Below the pieces are notes generated by a model. That model worked only from the letters and a program-made list of their open reading frames with translations, was not told where the DNA came from and did no database searches. A program made the position numbers and the translations under genes. A DNA stretch of 64,000 nt from Macrostomum lignano (Eukaryota), in the NCBI GenBank assembly GCA_002269645.1, contig NIVC01000914.1:1-64000 (forward strand), given 5' to 3'. Shown piece by piece: positions 58,301 through 64,000 of the stretch; position 1 is the stretch's first letter, and every line of letters starts with the position of its first letter.

Positions 58301-61300
58301 GTGGGGTTGGTCCCAAGGATCGTGTGTACATTGGTGGGGTTGGTCCCAAGTATCGTGTGTACATTGATGGGGTTGGTACCAAGGATCGTGTGTACATTGG
58401 TGGGGTTGGTCCCAAGGATCGTGTGTACATTGGTGGGGTTGGTCCCAAGGATCGTGTGTACATTTGTGGGGTTGGTCCCAAGGATCGTGTGTACATTGGT
58501 GGGGTTGATCCCAAGGATCGTGTACATTGGTGGGGTTGGTCCCAAGGATCGTGTGTACATTGATGGGGTTGGTCCCAAGGATCGTGTGTACATTGGTGGG
58601 GTTGGTCCCAAGGATCGTGTGTACATTGGTGGGGTTGGTCCCAAGGATCGTGTGTACATTGGTGGGGTTGGCTCCAAGTATTGTGTGTACGTGTGTGGTG
58701 TTTTACAGAGTTAAATAAATCACGCAAGAGAATTTATTTAACATTTTTATCTCAACATAGAATATATTTAACACAGGATTATGTTAATATATATTTTTAT
58801 AAGAACTCCAAAACTAATTAGGCGATTTTGTTGACAGATTTATTGCACGACCCAGACAATTTCGAATTTTTAAGAGAATTACGATCTGATCCCATACAGC
58901 ACTAAATACTTCCGCATGCCTCTCTCAACTGTTTAAGCTAAAAAGCAGGGGTCACAAATCAGCAAAGCTCTCTAGCAAACTGTGACTAAATAGTCGGGTA
59001 AAAGCATCTGGGAAGAACGATTTTGAAGACACGGTGAGAAAGAGAAAGATGGAGAGAGCTGGCTACGCACAATGACCACTGTTAGACTAAGCACGGAACC
59101 GATTCAAATCTAATGGGGATCACAGTCGAAGGCTTTTATAGTTAGTTAAGTTTCCGACTATTCTTAAAACCTTCAAACAGATTCCCAGAGATTTGCAGTG
59201 GATCTTGGCTATACGTACATTTTGGCGCTTGACTAATATTATGATTATTATGAATATTATGAGAATTTGATGACGCAACAGAATAAGCATCAATCTTTCA
59301 TTGGACGATGTAAAGGGCGCGAATAGGCGGTGCAGTTCAAGTGTGAATCTGCTACGCGATGGTCGAGAGACTGTGCAATGCACTGTTATAATTTACACAA
59401 TCTATACATGCAAGAGTATGTCGTAGCTTCTAAAAAATAGCGACCGCCGAAAAGGGCTAAAAGTACAAATTAAAAAATGGCAATTATATTTGCTTATGAG
59501 TAATGAAGAGCTTGAGGCGGGTATGGTCCAGTGTACATTAGAGTTAGGTGGGATTGGCCAAATGGTCCAGTGTACATTGGAGTGACGTGGGGTTGCCAAA
59601 TGGTCCAGTGTACATTGGAGCAAAGCAGGGTTGGTCAATGGTCCAGTGTACATTGGAGCGAAGCAGGGTTGGTCAATGGTCCAGTGTACATTCGATTGAG
59701 GTGGGGTTGACCAATGGTCAAGTGTACAATGGCGTGAGGGTGGGTTGGTCAATGGTCAAGTGTACATTGGAGCGAAGCATGGTTGGCCAATGGTCCAGTG
59801 TACATTGGCGTGAGGTGGGGTTGGTCAATGGTCAAGTGTACATTGGAGTGACGTGGGGTTGCCAAATGGTCCAGTGTACATTGGAGCGAAGCAGGGTTGG
59901 CCAATGGTCCAGTTTATATTGGAGCGAAGCAGGGTTGGCCAATGGTCCAGTGTACATTGGAGCGAAGCAGGGTTTGCCAATGGTCCAGTGTACATTGGAG
60001 CGAAGCAGGGTTTGCCAATGGTCCAGTGTACATTGGAGCGAAGCAGGGTTGGCCAATGGTCCAGTGTACATTGGCGTGGATGGGGTTGGTCAATGGTCCA
60101 GTGTACATTCGATTGAGGTGGGGTTGGCCAATGGTCAAGTGTACATTGGCGTGAGGTGGGGTTGGTCAATGGTCAAGTGTACATTGGAGTGAGGTGGGGT
60201 TGGCCAATGGTCCAGTGTACATTCGATTGAGGTGGGGTTGGCCAATGGTCAAGTGTACATTGGCGTGAGGTGGGGTTGGCCAATGGTCCAGTGTACATTG
60301 GAGTGAGGTGGGGTTGGCCAATGGTCCAGTGTACATTGGAGCAAAGCAGGGTTGGTCAATGGTCCAGTGTACATTGGAGCGAAGCAGGGTTGGTCAATGG
60401 TCCAGTGTACATTCGATTGAGGTGGGGTTGGCCAATGGTCAAGTGTACATTGGCGTGAGGTGGGGTTGGTCAATGGTCCAGTGTACATTGGAGTGAGGTG
60501 GGGTTGGCCAATGGTCCAGTGTACATTGGAGTGAGGTGGGGTTGGCCAATGGTCCAGTGTACATTTGATTGAGGTGGGGTTGGCCAATGGTCAAGTTTAC
60601 ATTGGCGTGAGGTGGGGTTGGTCAATGGTCAAGTGTACATTGGAGTGAGGTGGGGTTGGCCAATGGTCCAGTGTACATTGGAGTGAGGTGGGGTTGGCCA
60701 ATGGTCCAGTGTACATTGGAGTGAGGTGGGGTTGGCCAATGGTCCAGTGTACATTGGAGTGAGGTGGGGTTGGCCAATGGTCAAGTGTACATTGGCGTGA
60801 GGGTGGGTTGGTCAATGGTCAAGTATACATTGGCGTGAGGTGGGGTTGGCCAATGGTCCAGTGTACATTGGAGCGAAGCAGGGTTGGTCAATGGTCCAGT
60901 GTACATTGGATTGAGTGGGGTTGGCCAATGGTCAAGTGTACATTGGCGTGAGGTGGGGTTGGTCAATGGTCAAGTGTACATTGGAGTGAGGTGGGGTTGG
61001 CCAATGATCCAGTGTACATTGGCGTGAGGTGGGGTTGGTCAATGGTCAAGTGTACATTGGAGTGAGGTGGGGTTGGCCAATGGTCCAGTGTACATTGGAG
61101 CAAAGCAGGGTTGGTCAATGGTCCAGTGTACATTGGAGCGAAGCAGGGTTGGTCAATGGTCCAGTGTACATTCGATTGAGGTGGGGTTGGCCAATGGTCA
61201 AGTGTACATTGGCGTGAGGTGGGGTTGGTCAATGGTCCAGTGTACATTGGAGTGAGGTGGGGTTGGCCAATGGTCCAGTGTACATTGGAGTGAGGTGGGG

Positions 61301-64000
61301 TTGGCCAATGGTCCAGTGTACATTTGATTGAGGTGGGGTTGGCCAATGGTCAAGTTTACATTGGCGTGAGGTGGGGTTGGTCAATGGTCAAGTGTACATT
61401 GGAGTGAGGTGGGGTTGGCCAATGGTCCAGTGTACATTGGAGTGAGGTGGGGTTGGCCAATGGTCCAGTGTACATTGGAGTGAGGTGGGGTTGGCCAATG
61501 GTCCAGTGTACATTGGAGTGAGGTGGGGTTGGCCAATGGTCAAGTGTACATTGGCGTGAGGGTGGGTTGGTCAATGGTCAAGTATACATTGGCGTGAGGT
61601 GGGGTTGGCCAATGGTCCAGTGTACATTGGAGCGAAGCAGGGTTGGTCAATGGTCCAGTGTACATTGGATTGAGTGGGGTTGGCCAATGGTCAAGTGTAC
61701 ATTGGCGTGAGGTGGGGTTGGTCAATGGTCAAGTGTACATTGGAGTGAGGTGGGGTTGGCCAATGATCCAGTGTACATTGGCGTGAGGTGGGGTTGGTCA
61801 ATGGTCAAGTGTACATTGGAGTGAGGTGGGGTTGGTCAATGGTTAAGTGTACATTGGAGTGAGGTGGGGTTGGCCAATGGTCAAGTGTACATTGGCGTGA
61901 GGTGGGGTTGGTCAATGGTCAAGTGTACATTGGCGTAAGGTGGGGTTGGCCAATGGTCCAGTGTACATTGATGTTGGGCTGTTCCAAAGGCAATTTTAGC
62001 ACAATGCCAAACTCCCATGCCTATAATAACCAATAAAAACACGAATCAGTGTCCGGACACAACGAATAGGAAAGCATGGAAAAGTAAAAAAAGAACTGGG
62101 AGAACAAAAACTATTTTAAAAAAACACACACATATGCACTGGATTAGCGCAGTCTGATGCAAATGAAAAAAAATATTTCAGCCGACAAATAAATAGCATT
62201 TCTTGTCCAAGCAACTTTTTCTTACACAGAGACTGTAATATAGGAGAATGAGCAATTTGCAGCTAGTGCCGAAATTTTCAATAGTTGCGGCAGCGACAAA
62301 TATAATAGCAAGGCAACAAAAAGGCGTTTGTTAAATAGAACAATTTACATGCAGACACAAGTGCTTTAGATAAGGAAAACCCATAGCCAGTTGTCAAAGG
62401 TAACGAGAATGAAATCTGTATGGGCCTGAGCAGGCGGCAATATCTGTCAGCGCTTTATGGATCTGTAATTTTGCGCTACAACCTCTGTCTCGGATTGTGT
62501 TAAAATTACAGGTGAACCGTGAAGACTGGAGATTCAGATTACTTTAAGCGCTTCTGGCACACCTCCTCATTTAGTCATAAAACTGCTTTGCTGCGTCTGA
62601 AAGAGAATTCGCAAGTACACAAAGTTCAGGAAAGAGAGGCGGGGAAGGGAGAGAGGCAGAGGGGAAGGGGAGAGGCAGAGGGGAAGGGAGAGAGGCAGAG
62701 GGGAAGGGGAGAGGCAGAGGGGAAGGGGAGAGGCAGAGGGGAAGGGAGAGTGGCAGAGGAGAGACAGGGAAAGGGAGGGCGACGGGGGACAGGGAGAGAG
62801 GAAGAAAGGGGGAGAGAGGGGAGAGAGGGGAAGGGAGAGGGTAAAGGAGAGAGGGAGAGGAGAGAGGGAGGGGGAGTGAGAGGGGGAGAGAGGGTGGAGA
62901 TGGAGAGGAGAGAGGGAGGGGGAGGGAAAGGAGGAGAGAGGGAGGGAGAGGGAAAGGAGGAGAGAGGGAGGGAGAGGGAAAGGAGGAGAGAGGGAGGGAG
63001 AGGGAAAGGAGGAGAGAGGGAGGGAGAGGGAAAGGAGGAGAGAGGGAGGGGGAGGGAAAGGAGGAGAGAGGGAGGGAGAGGGAAAGGAGGAGAGAGGGAG
63101 GGGGAGGGAAAGGAGGAGAGAGGGAGGGAGAGGGAAAGGAGGAGAGAGGGAGGGAGAGGGAAAGGAGGAGAGAGGGAGGGAGAGGGAAAGGAGGAGAGAG
63201 GGAGGGAGAGGGAAAGGAGGAGAGAGGGAGGGAGAGGGAAAGGAGGAGAGAGGGAGGGAGAGGGAAAGGAGGAGAGAGGGAGGGAGAGGGAAATGACAGA
63301 GGGAGGGAGAGGGAAAGGAGAGAGGGAGGGAGAGGGAAAGGAGGAGAGAGGGAGGGAGAGGGAAAGGAGGAGAGAGGGAGGGAGAGGGAAAGGAGAGAGG
63401 AACACAGATGAATCGATGACAGGAAGCAACGTGTTGTCCTCCGCTGAGAGCATCTCTGCAGTGCTAGTGAAATGTTACAGTTTGAAAATTGCGCAACTAT
63501 TCGGGCGCAGCAAAGCCAAGGCTCCGCCCACCCAGCCAGCCAGCCAGCCAGTCAAGCGTGGAAGGCAACGTCGGGCAGGCGGCCCGGCAGGAGGGCGGCG
63601 GCGGAATCCGGCAGGCCGAACTCGCGCACGGCCCACAGCTGCGCCTGCCTGTGCAGGGCGGCCCGGTCGGCGGCCGGCAGGAGGCCAGCCCGGACGAACA
63701 GGCTGCCGGAGAGCAGCTCCTGGACACGGCGGAGCAGGCTGGCCGCAGTGGCCGGGTCGATTGGCGAACAGCCGGGCGGCAGGGTGGCCACGAGGTCCGG
63801 GCCGCCGCCGCCGTGGCCGCCCCACAGACCCGCAGCCGCGGCGGCGGCGGAAGCCGCGTCCGGCGGTGCAACGGCGGCCGGCTGCGGACTGGCCGGTAGA
63901 CGGCGCGGCGGCTCCGGCGGGCACTGAGCCAAAGTGAGGTCGCGGGTTCGATCGCTGAGCACGGAGCGAATCTCCTCAAGATGCGGTGCGAACAGCCTGG
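58301..64000. repeat. Segmental duplication, right copy: 33-mer array 58301-58690, 38-mer array 59520-61980, GA-rich repeat 62635-63400
   Basis: Colinear with 48673-53679; array lengths differ between the copies. Confidence 0.95.
63552..64000 (-). CDS. BTBD7: BTBD7 last exon, second copy (continues beyond the window)
   Basis: Translation identical to 53231-53679. Confidence 0.8.
   Translation of the reverse strand, partial: RLFAPHLEEIRSVLSDRTRDLTLAQCPPEPPRRLPASPQPAAVAPPDAASAAAAAAGLWGGHGGGGPDLVATLPPGCSPIDPATAASLLRRVQELLSGSLFVRAGLLPAADRAALHRQAQLWAVREFGLPDSAAALLPGRLPDVAFHA

Overview
Eukaryotic (animal) genomic DNA. Coding exons are GC-rich and GT-AG introns are heavily inflated by micro- and minisatellites. 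The repeat landscape and RTE-like LINE remnants resemble the flatworm Macrostomum lignano; this is inference, not verified. All exon boundaries were assembled by hand from the sequence. Spliced gene models in order: two tandem divergent Cys-loop ligand-gated ion channel genes (minus; 1804-3579 with a 1-nt frameshift, and 5601-9590); a prohormone-4-like LDLa secreted protein (minus, 13695-23992); a PDI-family protein with two thioredoxin folds, an ERp29c-like domain and KEEL (plus, 27091-31012); MVD (minus, 32936-34540, no ATG of its own); Rab1 (minus, 35876-41039) head-to-head with AK7 (plus, 41411-48180); and a 5'-truncated BTBD7 3' half (minus, 53231-58300) that is tandemly duplicated, with the second copy running off the window end. 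Most long ORFs in the ORF track are translations of tandem repeats. There are no CRISPR arrays, rRNA or intact tRNA genes. Most notable: a minisatellite built from an AK7 splice donor giving 7 in-frame donors; inverted 17-mer arrays bracketing a symmetric LDLa exon; a candidate Rab1-MVD operon where a spliced leader may supply the start AUG; and an orphan nAChR-like pair with a near-identical pore exon but strongly diverged ligand-binding domains.
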